From Squalus acanthias (taxonomy: Eukaryota), in contig CM059432.1 in assembly GCA_030390025.1 (NCBI GenBank), positions 37,016,001 through 37,080,000 on the forward strand: a stretch of 64,000 nucleotides of DNA. The letters are read 5' to 3'. The notes beneath the pieces were generated by a model. It was given only the letters and a program-made list of their open reading frames with translations, made no database searches and was not told where the DNA came from. How positions within the stretch are numbered: position 1 is the first letter of the stretch; every line of letters begins with the position of its first letter. Shown piece after piece: positions 10,796-23,676 of this stretch. Both the position numbers and the translations under genes were made by a program.

Positions 10796-12370
10796 TATGA
10801 TGAGAGTATGTGTAGAATGGGCCAATACTCTCTGGAGTTTAGAAGAATGAGAGGTGAGGGCAACACGGTGGCATAGTGGTTAGCACTGGTGCCTCACAGC
10901 GCCAGGGACCCGGGTTTGAATCTGACCTCGGGTGACTGTCTGTGTGGAGTTTGCACATTCTCCCCGTGTCTGCGTGGGTTTCCTCCGGGTGCTCCGGTTT
11001 CCTCCCACAGTCCAAAAATGTGCGGGTTAGGTTGATTTGGCTATGATAAATTGACCCTTAGTGTTAGGAGGGGATTAAATATGTGGTGTTATGGGGATAG
11101 GATGGGATATGTTAAGGGGAATTAAATACGTGGGGTTACGGGGGTAGGGTGGGATATGTGTACTGTGGGGATTAAAGCAGGGACAGGGTACTGGATTTGG
11201 ATGATCAGCCATGATCGTATTGAATGGTGGAGCAGGCTCGACGGGCCGAATGGCCTACTCCTGCTCCTAGATTCTATGTTTCTATGTGATCTCATTGAAA
11301 CATACAAGATTCTGAAGGGGATTGACAGGGTAGATGCTGAGAGGTTGTTTCCCCTGGCTTGAGTGTCTAGAACTAGGGGGCATAGTCTTAGGATAAGGGG
11401 TAGGCCATTTAAGACCGAGATGAGGAGGAATTTCTTCATTCAGAGGGATGTGAATCTTTGGAATTCTCTGCCCCAGAGGGCTGTGAATGCTGAGTCGTTG
11501 AGTATATTCAAGGCTGAGATAGATAGATTTTTGGACTCTAGGGGAATCAAGGGATATGGAGATCAGGCGGGAAGGTGGAGTTGAGGTCAATGATCAGCCA
11601 TGATCTTATTGAATGGCGGAGCAGGCTCGAGGGGCCGTATGGCCTACTCCTGCTCCTATTTCTTATGTTCACCCTATCCTTAATTATAGACTCTAGGAAT
11701 TTCTTGACAACAGATGTTAGGCTAACTGGTCTATAATTCCCTGGTTTCCCTCTCTCACCATTCTTCTTAAATAGCTGACAGTAAGCTGGTCTTGCTACAA
11801 ATGTACAGGGCTTTGGTGAGACCATACCTGGAGTACTGTGCACAGTTTTGGTCTCCTTATTTAAGAAAGAATATTTTTGCCTTAGAGGCGGTGTAATGAA
11901 GGTTCACTAGATTGATTCCTGGGATGAGAGGGTTGTCCTATGAGGAGAGATTGAGTAGATTGGGCCTATACTCTCTGGAGTTTAGAAGAACGAGAGGTGA
12001 TCACATTTAAACATATAGGTTTCTGAGGGGGATTGACAGGGTAGATGCTGAGAGGTTGGTTCCCCTGCCTGGAATGTCTAGAACTAGGGGGCATAATCTC
12101 AGGATAAGGGGTCGGCCATTTAAGACTGAGATGAGGAGGAATTTCTTCACTAAGAGGGTTGTGAATATTTGGAATTCTCTCCCCGAAAGGGCTGAATAGT
12201 TGAGTGTATTCAAGGCTGAGATAGATAGATTTTTGGACTCTAGGGGAATCAAGGGATATGGAGATCGGGCGGGAAAGTGGAGTTGAGGTCGAAGATCAGC
12301 CATGATCTTATTGCATGGCAGAGCAGTCTCGAGGGGCTGTATGGCCTACTCCTGCTCCTAATTCTTATGT
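10796..12370 (+). mobile_element. Two tandem CR1 3'-end fragments (tails at ~11668 and ~12370) with a nested SINE
   Basis: Repeated RGHSLRIRGRPFKTEMRRNFF coding plus the CR1 3' stem-loop and tail. Confidence 0.8.
10858..11285 (+). mobile_element. HE1/V-SINE-like SINE with a CR1-type 3' tail
   Basis: Head and body are near-identical to the reverse complement of the SINE at 4266-4576. It interrupts CR1 GAGGTGA|TCTCATTG, with GTGA duplicated (10854-10857, 11286-11289). Confidence 0.85.
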
Positions 12371-12452
12371 AGACCCTCCTCATTGTGGGAGGGAAATGGA
12401 AGAGGAAATCTGTCGACTGATCAGAGAGATGAGTAGGAATCACAAAATTATT

Positions 12453-14097
12453 GGGGGGAATTTTGCCAGCCCTGGGGAGGCGGGTATGGAGGCGGGACTG
12501 CCGGGAAAATGGCAGAAACTGGGAGTGGGTACCGAACCTGCTCCCAACCCGCCTCCATGCCATCTTCCCGGGAGGCAGGTCCCCGACTCGCGCAGGGACC
12601 CGTCTCCTCGAGGCGGGAAGGGGATTACTGCCAATTAACTGCCTGTTAACAGGCAGTTAAGAGGCTGATCCCCATTTTACCCCTTCAAGTGCGGGCTTCC
12701 CGACGTCGGGAAACCCCGCCAGGGTCAGCGAGATGAGCAGTGGGTCTGTGGGGGTGAGAGGGGTCGAAAAGTCCGCTGTGGAGGTGAGTGATGGGTGCAA
12801 GTGTGGAGAGGTAAGTAAGAGAGGTGAGTGTAAAGTGTGAGAATAAGTTTACTTACCTTTGTTTCTTTCTGCAGGCTTCAACCCTTGGGGATCCGGAGGT
12901 GCCTCATCTCAACGGCAGAGATGACAGAATTGCTGCTGCATTCTCCGATGCAGCAGCCATCTGATTTCTATGGAGGAAATAGGTTTTGGTGAGCCTTCAG
13001 TAAGGGCTCACCATAAAACAGAGATTGTCAGTGTTTGACAGCTTCTCTAAGCTGACAAACATAAGAACATAAGAAATAGGAGCAGGAGTAGGCCAATCGG
13101 CCCTTCGAGCCTGCTCCGCCATTCAATAAGATCATGGCTGATCTGATCCTCACCTCAAATCTAAAGAACACAAGAAGTAGGAGCAGGACCCGGCCACTCA
13201 GCCCCTGGGCCCGCTACACCACCCACAGGGCCTCAACCGATCCGAACTCAGCCTCATGTCCAATTTCCTGCCCGCTCCCCGTAACCCCTAATTCCCTTTA
13301 CTTCTAGGAAACTGTCTATTTCTGTTTTAAATTTATTTAATGATGTAGCTTCCACAGCTTCCTGGGGCAGCAAATTCCACAGACCTACTACCATCTGAGT
13401 GAAGAAGTTTCTCCTCATCTCAGTTTTGAAAGAGCAGCCCCTTATTCTAAGATTATGCCCCCTAGTTCTAGTTTCACCCATCCTTGGGAACATCCTTACC
13501 GCATCCACCCGATCAAGCCCCTTCACAATCTTATATGTTTCAATAAGATCGCCTCTCATTCTTCTGAACTCCAATGAGTAGAGTCCCAATCTACTCAACC
13601 TCTCCTCGTATGTACACCCCATGATCCCGGGATTAACCGAGTGAACCTTCTTTGTGCTGCCTCGAGAGCAAGTATGTCTTTTCTTAAGTATGGACACCAA
13701 AACTGTATGCAGTATTCCAGATGCGGTCTCACCAATACCTTATATAACTGCAGCAATACCTCCCTGTTTTTATAATCTATCCCCCTAGCAATAAAAGCCA
13801 ACATTCCGTTGGCCTTCTTGATCACCTGCTGCACCTGCATACTAACTTTTTGATTTTCTTGCACTAGGAACGCTGACAATTCATCTGTCAAGAAAATTTT
13901 GACAGATGAAACGTCATACACTGTCGTCCTCTGTCACCGGCTTTCCCTTAATTGGCCTGCTAAGCCCGCAGGGTGGGCTTAACAAGGTCAATCAAGGGAA
14001 AATAGCATGGGTTGGCCGGACGTCATTAGGGGCGGGACTGAAACCCGAAAACTAGCAGTCCCGCCCCCAACGCGCCCCCATTGATAAAATCTAGCCC
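12453..14097. mobile_element. Non-autonomous DNA transposon, PIF/Harbinger-like, inserted in a CR1 endonuclease fragment
   Basis: Imperfect TIRs (GGGGGGAATTTT...GGCGGGACTGC / GCAGTCCCGCC...AAAATCTAGCCC) and a 3-bp ATT duplication (12450-12452, 14098-14100). CR1 APE sequence continues across it. Confidence 0.6.
13059..13871 (-). mobile_element. CR1 3' fragment nested in the DNA transposon
   Basis: ORFs 13254-13921 encode the CR1 ORF2 C-terminus. (ACATAAGA)n tail. 8-bp TSD GCTGACAA at 13051-13058 and 13872-13879. Confidence 0.9.
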
Positions 14098-15543
14098 ATT
14101 GTTTCAGGAGATTTTAATTTCACATTCACTGGGGCTGGGAAGGAGTGATCAGAAAAGGGAATGGAATTCCTAATCTGTGTCTAGGACTCCTTCCTCAAGG
14201 GGAGAGGGGTTGCTAGTTACGATTAAAAAAGAAATAACTTGCATTCAGCTTTCATTTATATTGCACTCTTTACGACCTCAGGTTGTCCCAAGTGCTTTAT
14301 ATGCAATGAAGGACTTAAAAAAAAATGTAGCCATGGTTATAATGCAGGAAATGCAGCAGGGAATTTTCACACAGCAAGGTCCCACAAATAACAAAGAAAT
14401 AAATGACCAGCTAGTCTGTTTTGGTGTTGGTTGAGGGATAAATTTTGTCCGTGAAAATTTCCCTGCCGTTCTTCTGAGAAGTTTTAAGCGGCGTCTTAAA
14501 GGAGGAGAGAGAGGTAAAGAGGCTTAGGTTTAGGGGAGGAATTCCAGAGGTTGGGGCTCAGGTAGCTGAAGGTACGGCTGCCAATGGTGGAGCAATGAAA
14601 ATCAGGGATGCACAAGAGGTCAGAATTGGAGTAGCACAGAGATCTTGCAGGGTGTAGGGCTGGAGACGGTTAGAGATACGGAGGGGCGAGGCCTTGGAGG
14701 GATTTGAAACCAGGATGAGAATTTTTTAATTGAGATGTTGCCAGACAGGGAGCCATTGTAAGTCAACGAGCACAGGGGTGATGGGTGAAAGGGACTTGGT
14801 GCGATTTAGGATATGGACAGCAGAGCTTTGAATGAGATCAAGTTTACGGAGGGTGCAATCATAGAATGATACAGCCCAGAAAGGAGGCCATTCAGCCCAT
14901 CATGCCTGTGCTGGCTCCTTGAACGAGGTATCCAATTAGTCCCACTCCCCCGCTCTTTCCTCATAGCCCTGCAAATTTTTCCCCTTCAAGTATTTATCCA
15001 ATTTCCTTTTGAAAGTTACTATTGAATCTGCTTCCACCAGCCTTTCAGGCAGTGCATTCCGGATCATAGCAAGTCACTGTGTAATTTTTTCCCCTCATGT
15101 CGCCTCTTATTCTTTTGCCAATTACCTTAAATCAGTGTCCTCTGGTTACTGACCCTTCTGCCACTGGTACATCCCATCCGGACTGGGTGACTTTTCTACT
15201 TTTAGCGCTGCTATCCTTTAAGTACCTTCTCTTTATCTATTTTTATCCTATCGAATTTCTCTACTACCTCCTCCTTTACTGTGACATTGGCAGCATCCTC
15301 TTCTTTAGTGAAGACAGATGCAAAGTACTCATTTAGTGCCTCAGCCATGCCCTCTGCCTCCAGAAGATCATCTCCTTTTGGTCCATAATTAGCCCCACGC
15401 TTCCTTTAACTACACTTTTATTATTTATAAAAAAACTTTTGTGTTATGTGCTAATCTATTCCCATATACTCTCTTTGCTCCTCTTATTTCCTTTTTCAGT
15501 TATCCTCTGTACTTTCTATATTCTGCTTGGTTCCCTGCTGTAA

Positions 15544-16013
15544 AGAAAGATTTACATTTATATGGTGTCTTTCACGACCACCGGACATCTCAAAGCGCTT
15601 TACAGCCAGTTAAGTACTTTTTTGGAGTGTAGTCACTGTTGTAATGTGGGAAACGCGGCAGCCAATTTGCGCACAGCAAGCTCCCACAAACAGCAATGTG
15701 ATAATTACCAGATAATCTGTTTTTCTTCTGTTGATTGAGAGATAAATATTGGCCAGGACACCGGGGATAACTCCCCTACTCTTCTTCGAAATAGTGCCAT
15801 GGGATATTTTCCGTCCACCTGAGAGAACAGACAGGGCCTCGGTTTAACGTCTCATCCGAAAGACGGCACCTCCGACAGTGTAGTACTCCCTCAGCACCGC
15901 ACTGGACTGGGGTGTCAGCCTAGCTTTATGTGCTGAAGTTCCTGGAGTGGGACTTGAACCCACAACCTTCTGACTCAGAAGTGAGTGTGCTACCCACTGA
16001 GCCACAGCTGACA
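15544..16013 (-). mobile_element. tRNA-headed DeuSINE (SacSINE1/AmnSINE1-like), near full length
   Basis: Minus strand: A box GTGGCTCAGTGGGTAGC, B box GGTTCAAGTCCC, central domain with GATCCCATGGCACT-like and TTCGAAGAAGAG...GAGTTATCCCCGGTGTCCTGGCCAATATTTATC sequence, and an L2-like tail. Partial copies lie at ~14235, ~37590, ~41770, ~57352 and ~59680. Confidence 0.8.
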
Positions 16014-17589
16014 CTATGACACAGCTGTATTATGAACCTGACATTTATTATAAGCCTCCTTTATGTTTCATTTTAATCTCTATATCTTTAGTAATCCAGG
16101 GAGCTCTAGCTTTGAATTCCCTTCCTTTCCTCCTCGTGGGAATGTGTCTAGTCTGTATCCGAACTATCTCCTCTTTGAAGGTGTCCCATTGTCCATTTAC
16201 TGTTTGAATATTTTATCTGCCAATCTTTGATTCCAATCCACCTGGGCCAGATACAAGGTGGGAGGCCAGGGGAGCACTGGAATAGTCAAGTCTACAGGTA
16301 ACAAAAGCATGGATGAGGATCTCACTGGTCAACTCACCAGGACTGTGCAGATCAGGGTTCAAACCTTGCACTTTCTCTCTGAGGCAGAAATGCTACCACT
16401 AAGCCAAAGGCTCGCTTTTATATTCATCCAGGTCTTCTCATATAATGCCTTTCTTAGGTAGTCTTTTACATATTCTGGTACTCTGATGTGGTGCTGTTCT
16501 TGTGGTTTCAGCATGGTTGTTAATCAAATGAGCGCACTTGAGATGCTCGTGGTCGTCAATGTCTCAGAGCTCAGACCCTAGATATGTGGCCCAGCTGGCT
16601 TTGTGGTATCTGGGCGAGCATTGTATGATGAGGGTACAGACATGTTGTCCTTCTGAGGAAGGCCAGCAAGCATCACTCCCATTGCGCCACTGCCACTCCC
16701 GTGGGGCTATGAAACTTATGCAAGACTGGATGTCAGACAAGCAGGTGACAACACGTCATCTTTGCCACAAACTCCGTTCACTCGCCACCAAATGCATCCC
16801 CCTCCCCGCCCACTGTCTCAGGGTAAACCAGACTCTGTGTGATATCTGACTCCAAGCTGAGCTTTCCATCACAAAGACCGCTTACTTCCATCTCCATGTT
16901 ATTGCCCGTCTCCATCCTGCCTCAGCCCATTTGCTCCTAAAACCCTCATCCATGCCTTTGTGACTTCCAGACTCAATGATTCCCATCATCCATAAACTTG
17001 AGCTCCTCCAAAACTCTGCTATCCGTATCTTAACGCACACAAAGTCCCACTCACTTGCTGATCTTCAATGGTCCCGGCCCCACTATGGCTCCAATTTACA
17101 ACCTCCTCCCACCCTACAACCATCTGAGAATACTGTCTCCACAGTACAGGAGGAGTTCTGTGGGGTGCTTTCCTTGTAAGTGCAAATTAGACCGGCATAG
17201 GAATTCCAAGAAAAAAAAAGCAAGGTCCATCTAGTTCTTTCCACAATCCTGGCAGTCAGATAATACAACAAAAATGGAGGATTAATCATAGGCTTCTTCT
17301 TCTTTCGTATGGTAGTAGCAAAGCAAATCAAATGTCAATATCTAAGTTGAATATCCAGGCCAAAGCTTCCGGTGTAACAGCGTGGATATCTTGTCGGCTG
17401 CCTGCAAATTTCCTGAAATCAGTGCTTTCATGGGCTAATATTTGGCAATGTCAAAAATTTGTCTTCTAAAATTTTTACCAAGTATACACCATGCACCCCT
17501 GGGAGAACCTAAAATAGGTGGAATAGCCTTTATTTTCTGGATCTTGAGATCCTGTTTGATAATGAGAGGGGAGGGAACGGAATCCAAGA

Positions 17590-18030
17590 AGTAAAGTTTC
17601 GCTCCCATCGGGCCTCGCGGCGGGTGCGCACGCGCAAACTCGCCATTCCGTCGAGTGGGCAGAGAATACCGACTGCGCATGCGCCCGCCGGGAACAATAA
17701 AGTTTTGTTGCCTTGTATTTTTTTCTCTCCGTGTGAGCGCGGCTGAGCAAAGCGATGGCGACGGCAGTAGCGGCGGGAGCGACGCGCAAGAAAGACGGAG
17801 GCCCTAACGTCAGGTTTCTCGAGTCGCCCGACACCGTGGCGCAGTTCGACGGCCTGAGGTTGTGGTTGGGCAAGAACTACAAGAAAGTGAGTGCCTGAGG
17901 CCTAGGGGACGCGAGCCGGAGCAACTGAACCGGGTTAACCTGGTGTATTAGCAGCAAATGGCGGCCGAGGCCGCGGGCTTCGGAGTGCGAATTGAAGCGG
18001 TGGAGGGAGGAAGAGCTTCTTCCGCCCGGT
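17590..18030 (+). promoter_or_regulatory. CpG-rich SMARCC1 promoter/first-exon region with NRF1-type and YY1-type motifs
   Basis: High local CpG density. TGCGCACGCGCA at 17625-17636, TGCGCATGCGC at 17674-17684 and AAATGGCGGC at 17956-17965. No TATA box evident. Confidence 0.75.
17755..17886 (+). CDS. SMARCC1: SMARCC1 (BAF155) coding exon 1
   Basis: gcgATGG Kozak context. Encodes [44 protein letters not shown]. Donor GTGAGT, phase 0. Confidence 0.92.
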
Positions 18031-19534
18031 CAGGATTTACGAACAGTGTCGCTATTGCTCAGAATTCACCAAATTTCCTTGGGGGAGGCCGCCCTTCTGA
18101 GGGGCTGGCGTCAGAGTCTCTTGCTTTGTGTTGGGTATGGGGAGGGGGTCGGGTATGTGGGGGAAGCTTCCTTCAAAAATATTTAAAATCTAATGTTCTC
18201 TTTGACGCAAGAATGTAAAAGGCAATTGCTATTTCAATTCCGTAAAACATGTTTTGCTTTGTGGGAGTTGAGGAAATTTAATTTTTTATCATTTAAGTTG
18301 GATGTGATTTTTGTGGTCGTTGAACGTTTGTTTTTAAAATGTAATATTGCAAAAATAAATTCTCAAAGTCTGGAATGAGGTATCCAGAAGAATGTGCGGT
18401 GCTGTGGTTTCTTTTTCTCACTGGTTGGCTTTTGTTTTACTTCGTGTTCTACGTTGTAAATGTGTTATTGTTCATTATTTTGTTTGTGGTGAGGAGTTGG
18501 GTCATCAGTCGATTTTGCAGAGTAAAGGAACGAATCAATCTGTTTAGCCAGAGGAGTGCAGCATGACACAAAGGATCGTGAAGTTAGTGAGGGCGGAAGC
18601 AAATGAAGTGCTGCCTGATTGGATAACTGTATGTGGGGTAGTGAGCGAATGAATTTGTGTTAAATTCATATTCCCCCCACCCCCCAAAAAATTAATTTAA
18701 AGATGCATATGCAGGTTTTATGCAGAAAATGTGGGAGATGCTGCACTTAAGGATGAGGGGGTGATAATTGGTTTCATTGATGGATGCAGTATTTTGGCCC
18801 TTTTTTGGTTACTGTCACTATTTTAGGTTTTGAAAAGTGTTTGGATGCAATATAGAGTGAGTGAGGGTGAAATCGTTTTTCTTGAAGAAATATTGGCTTA
18901 AGAGGAATCAAAGGTGAAACTGAATCCATCTGCCTGTAATTGTTTTGTTTTAAGAATTTGCAAGATTCCAATTAAGGGAACAATGAAATTGGAATAATTT
19001 GATTTCTTTAGCAGTTTGTCTACTAAATATGTTGAAGTACATTTTACTGTAACTGGTTTTTGATGAGCTATTGGGAGTGCAAATGGAGTTTGAAAATAGT
19101 GACTAGACATGGCTGGACAGCAAAATACAGGAGAGCGAGACTTCCTGAAGGAAGGAGTTCAATATCCTTTACTCCTTGACTAGTTCAAGCCTCAGCGCCC
19201 TATTTATCTGTTACAAATTTAGCATTGGTGCGAAGCTCAATTTATGGCTCAGAATTTTTTGGATAGGTGCATTCTGTGACCTGTACCATAAATAATTATA
19301 TTTGATGCATGATCTTTTCTGGAAAGGTAATTTGAAAATACTGCAGGGAGCATAACGGGGTCATTGTTGCAGGAGTTCCTCAGGGCAGTGTCCTCGGCCC
19401 AACCATCTTCAGCTGCTTCATCAATGACCTTCCCTCCATTAGAAGGACAGAAGCGGGGATGTTTGCTGATGATTGCAGTGTTCAGTTCCATTCGCAACTT
19501 CTCAGATAATGAAGCAGTCCCTGCCTGCATGCAG

Positions 19535-21520
19535 CAACAACAACTTGCATTTATATATCGCCTTTAACATAGTAAAACATCCCAAAGCGCTTCACAGGAG
19601 TGTTAGAAGACGACAAAAAATTTGACACCGAACCACAAGGATAAATTAGGACAGGTGACCAAATGCTTGGTCAAAGAGGTAGGTTTTAAGGAGCGTCTTA
19701 AAGGAGGAAAGAGAGGTAGTGAGGTGGACAGGTTTAGGCAGGGAATTCCAGAGCTTAGGGCTGAGGCAACAGAAGGCACGGCCACCAATGGTTGAGCGAT
19801 TATAATCAGGATGCTCAGAGGGCAGAATTAGAGCAACGCAGATATCTGGGGGGGGGGGGTTACAGAGATGGGAAGGGGCGAGGCCATGGAGGGATTTGAA
19901 AACGAGGATGAGAATTTTGAAATGGATGCATTGTTTAACGGAGCCAATATAGGTCAGCGAGCACAGGGGTGATGGTGAACAGGACTTGGTGCGAGTTAGG
20001 ACACGGGCAGCCGAATTTTGGATAACCTTAAGTTTACGTAGGGTAGAATGTGGGAGGCTGACCAGGAGTGCGTTGGAATAGTCAAGTTCAGAGATAACAA
20101 AGGCATGGATGAGGGTTCCAGCAGCAGATGAGCTGAGGCAGGGGCGGAGGGCAATGTTACAGAGGTGGAATTAGGCATTCTTAGTTGTGGCGCAGATGTG
20201 TGGTCGGAATCTCATTTTGGTCAAATATGACACCAAGGTTGTGAGAAGTTTGGTTCAGCCTCAGACAGATGCTAAGGAGAGTGATGGAGTCGGTGGCGAG
20301 CCAATGGAGTTTGTGGCGGGGACCGAAGCCAATGGCTTTGATTTTCCCAATATATAATTGGAGAACATTTCTGCTCATCCAGTACTCGATGTCGAGCAAG
20401 CAGTCTGACAATTTAGAGACCGTGGAGGGGCTGAGAGAAATGGTGGTGAGGTAGAGCTGGGTGTGATCAGCGTACATGTGGAAACTGACTGTTTTCGGAT
20501 GATGTCGCCGAGGGGCAGCACATGGATGAGAAATGGGAGGGGGCCAAGGATAGATCCTTGGGGGATCCTGAGAGGTAACGATGCAGGAGCGGGAAGAGAA
20601 ACCATTGCAGGTGATTCTCTGGCTACAATTAGATAGGTCAGAATGGAGCCAGGCAAGTACAGTCCCACGCAGCTAAATGACGGTGGAGAGGTGTTGGAGG
20701 AGGATGGTGTGGTCAACCGTATCAAAGGCTGCAGATGGGTCGAGAAGGACGAGGAGGGATAGTTTACCTTTGTACCAGTCACAAAGGATGTCATTTGTGA
20801 CTGATGAGAGTCGTTCTGGAAACCTGATTGGAGGGATTTAAACATGGAGTTCCTGGAAAAATGATCACGTATTTGGGAGGCAACAACACGTTCAAGGACT
20901 TTGAAGAGGAACGGAAGGTTGGAGATGGGGCAGTAGTTTGCAAGGATGGAGGGGGGGTCAAGGGTGGTTTTTTTTGAGGAGAGGGGGACAGTACCTGAGG
21001 AGGGAGAACTGTTAACAATATCAGCTGACATGGAACTTGGGTGGTCAGCAGTTTGGTGGGAATAGGGTCGAGGGAGCAGGAAGTGGGCCTCATGGACAAG
21101 ATGAGCGCGGAGAGGTCATGAGGGGAGATTGGAGAGAAACTGGAGAAAGGTGCGAGTTATGGGCTAGGGCGGGGGAACCTTTGAGGAAGTTTGGCCCGGT
21201 GGGCTAAGGGAAGGAAGGGAGTGTCTGAGGCAGCTGATCGGATGGTCTCAATGTTCGACAAGGAAGTCTGAGCTCCTCGTACTTGTTGTTTGAGTTGAGG
21301 GTGGAGGAGCTCGGGGAGAGGGGTTTCAGACGACGGTTAGCAGTAGAGAATGGAAGTTGGGGGAATCATTGCATTCCAGAATGATCCTGGAATAGTAGGC
21401 AGTTTTGGCAGACGAGAGCAGGACCTGATAATGCTTTGTGGTCCGGCCAGATCTGGTGGTGAATGGCTAAACCAATTATCTGCCATAGCCATTCAAGTCT
21501 GTGTCCCTTGGACTTAAGTG
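19535..21520 (-). mobile_element. L2-clade LINE, degenerate RT region and 3' end
   Basis: Motifs SCSLDPIPTKLL, NYCPISNLPFLFKVLERVVASQI, PQGSILGP and YADHTQLY. Related fragments at ~14480-14860, 16740-17120, 29460-30330 and 31225-32180. Confidence 0.85.
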
Positions 21521-21942
21521 AGCAAGACCTGGACACCATTCAGGCTTGAGCTGATAAGTGGCAAGTAACATTCATACCACACAGGCAATGACTATCTCCA
21601 ACAAGACAGAATCTAACCACCTCCCCTTGACATTCAATGGCATTGGCATCATCTAATCCCCCACCATTGACATCCTGGGGTGGGGGGGGGGTCATTGACC
21701 AGAAACTTAACTGGACCATAACAACATAACATAAGAAATAGGAGCAGGAGTAGGCCTTTTGAGCCTGCTCTGCCATTCAACAAGATCATGGCTGATCTTC
21801 TACCTCAAATTCGCCTTCCTGCACTATCCCCATATCCCTTAATTTGCTTAGTTCCCAAAAATTTATCGACCTCTGTCTAGAATATACTCAAAAATCAGAA
21901 GTCGCACAACACCAGGTTATAGTCCAACAGATTTATTTAATT

Positions 21943-21981
21943 TTACAAGCTTTCGGAGCGGTTCGCTCCTTCTTCAGGTAA
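21943..21981 (-). ncRNA. Minimal type I hammerhead ribozyme motif (PLE-associated)
   Basis: Reverse complement reads UUAC-CUGAAGA-A-GGAGCG(AAC)CGCUCC-GAAA-GCUU-GUAA. Confidence 0.75.
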
Positions 21982-23637
21982 GGTAGCTGTGAGAGAATCT
22001 CCCAGAATTCACAATATAAACACAGAAAAAATGTATTCAAATCTTTCCCTACATCAAAGACACACTAAGAGCACAGCCAAGACAATGAGATGTGTCCCAG
22101 GGTGTCCAACGTGTCAAAACACCTGCTGGCTGCATATCCTCTCCATTTGTTGTGTTAGTCTTTTTAAAACAAAACCTGGAAAGACCGGCCATGATGTCAA
22201 GTCACGTTCTGTATCGTGACATGAACCCGATATCGCGATTGAGGCCATCCTCATGAGTGCGGAACTTGGCTATCAGTTTCTGCTCTATGATTTTGCGCTG
22301 TCGTGTATCCCGAAGGCCGCCTTGGAGAACGCTTACCCGCAGATCCGAGGCTGAATGCCTCTGACTGCTGAAGTGTTCCCCGACTGGGAGGCAACCCTCC
22401 TGCCTGGCGATTGTTGCGCGGTGTCCGTTCATACGTTGTCTCAGTGTCTGCATGGTCTCGCCGATGTACCATGCTCTGGGGCATCCTTTCCTGCAACGTA
22501 TCAGGTAGACAACGTTGGCCGAGTTACATGAGTATGTACCATGTACCTGGGGGGTAGTGTCCTCACGTGTGATGATATCTGTGTCCATGATTTGGCATGT
22601 CTTGCAGAGGTTGCCGTGGCAGGGTTGTGTGGTGTCGTGGTTGCTGTTCTCCTGAAAGATGGGTAATCTGCTGCGAACGATGGTACTTTTGAGGTTAGGC
22701 GGCTGCTTGAAGGCGAGTAGTGGCGGCGTGGGGATGGCCTTAGCAAGGTGTTCGTCGTCATCGATGACATGTTGAAGGCTGCGAAGAACATGGCGTAGTT
22801 TTTCCGCTCCGGGGAAGTACTGGACGACGTAGGGTACTCTGTTGGTTGTGTCCCGTGTTCGTCTTCTGAGGAGGTCTATGCGGTTTTTCGCTGTGGCCCG
22901 TCGGAACTGTCGATGGACGAGTCGAGCGTCATATCCCATTCTTACGAGGGCATCTTTCAGTGTCCGTAGGTGTCCATCGCGTTCCTCCTCGTCTGAGCAG
23001 ATCCTGTGTATTCGCAGGGCTTGTCCGTAGGGGATGGCTTCTTTAACATGGTTAGGGTGGAAGCTGGAGAAGTGGAGCATCGTGAGGTTGTCCGTGGCCT
23101 TGCGGTAGAGTGAAGTGCTGAGGCGTCCATCTTTGATGCTCCAGAGCATGGTACATCGGCGAGACCATGCAGACACTGAGACAACGCATGAACGGACACC
23201 GCGCAACAATCGCCAGGCAGGAGGGTTGCCTCCCAGTCGGGGAACACTTCAGCAGTCAGGGGCATTCAGCCTCGGATCTGCGGGTAAGCGTTCTCCAAGG
23301 AGGCCTTCGGGATACACGACAGCGCAAAATCATAGAGCAGAAACTGATAGCCAAGTTCCGCACTCATGAAGATGGCCTCAATCGCGATATCGGGTTCATG
23401 TCACGATACAGAACGTGACTTGACATCATGGCCGGTCTTTCCAGGTTTTGTTTTAAAAAGACTAACACAACAAATGGAGAGGATATGCAGCCAGCAGGTG
23501 TTTTGACACGTTGGACCCCCTGGGACACATCTCATTGTCTTGGCTGTGCTCTTAGTGTGTCTTTGATGTAGGGAAAGATTTGAATACATTTTTTTCTGTG
23601 TTTATATTGTGAATTCTGGGAGATTCTCTCAGCTACC

Positions 23638-23676
23638 TTACCTGAAGAAGGAGCGAACCGCTCCGAAAGCTTGTAA
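23638..23676 (+). ncRNA. Minimal type I hammerhead ribozyme motif (PLE-associated), sense to SMARCC1
   Basis: UUAC-CUGAAGA-A-GGAGCG(AAC)CGCUCC-GAAA-GCUU-GUAA: catalytic boxes, 6-bp helix II, 4-bp helix I and a palindromic helix III remnant. Confidence 0.75.

Noticed and set aside
10858..10935. tRNA gene (also ~4500-4576 and ~15940-16013)
   Set aside because: The A/B boxes are SINE heads that continue into SINE bodies and LINE-derived tails.
17435..17873. Divergent or antisense gene at the promoter
   Set aside because: The ORFs have no recognisable homology and are expected by chance in GC-rich sequence. No supporting exons were found.
22202..23418. Host GIY-YIG nuclease gene or functional ORF pair
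   Set aside because: This is a truncated Penelope-like element lacking the RT core. The ORF N-terminus is an artefact of the inversion junction.
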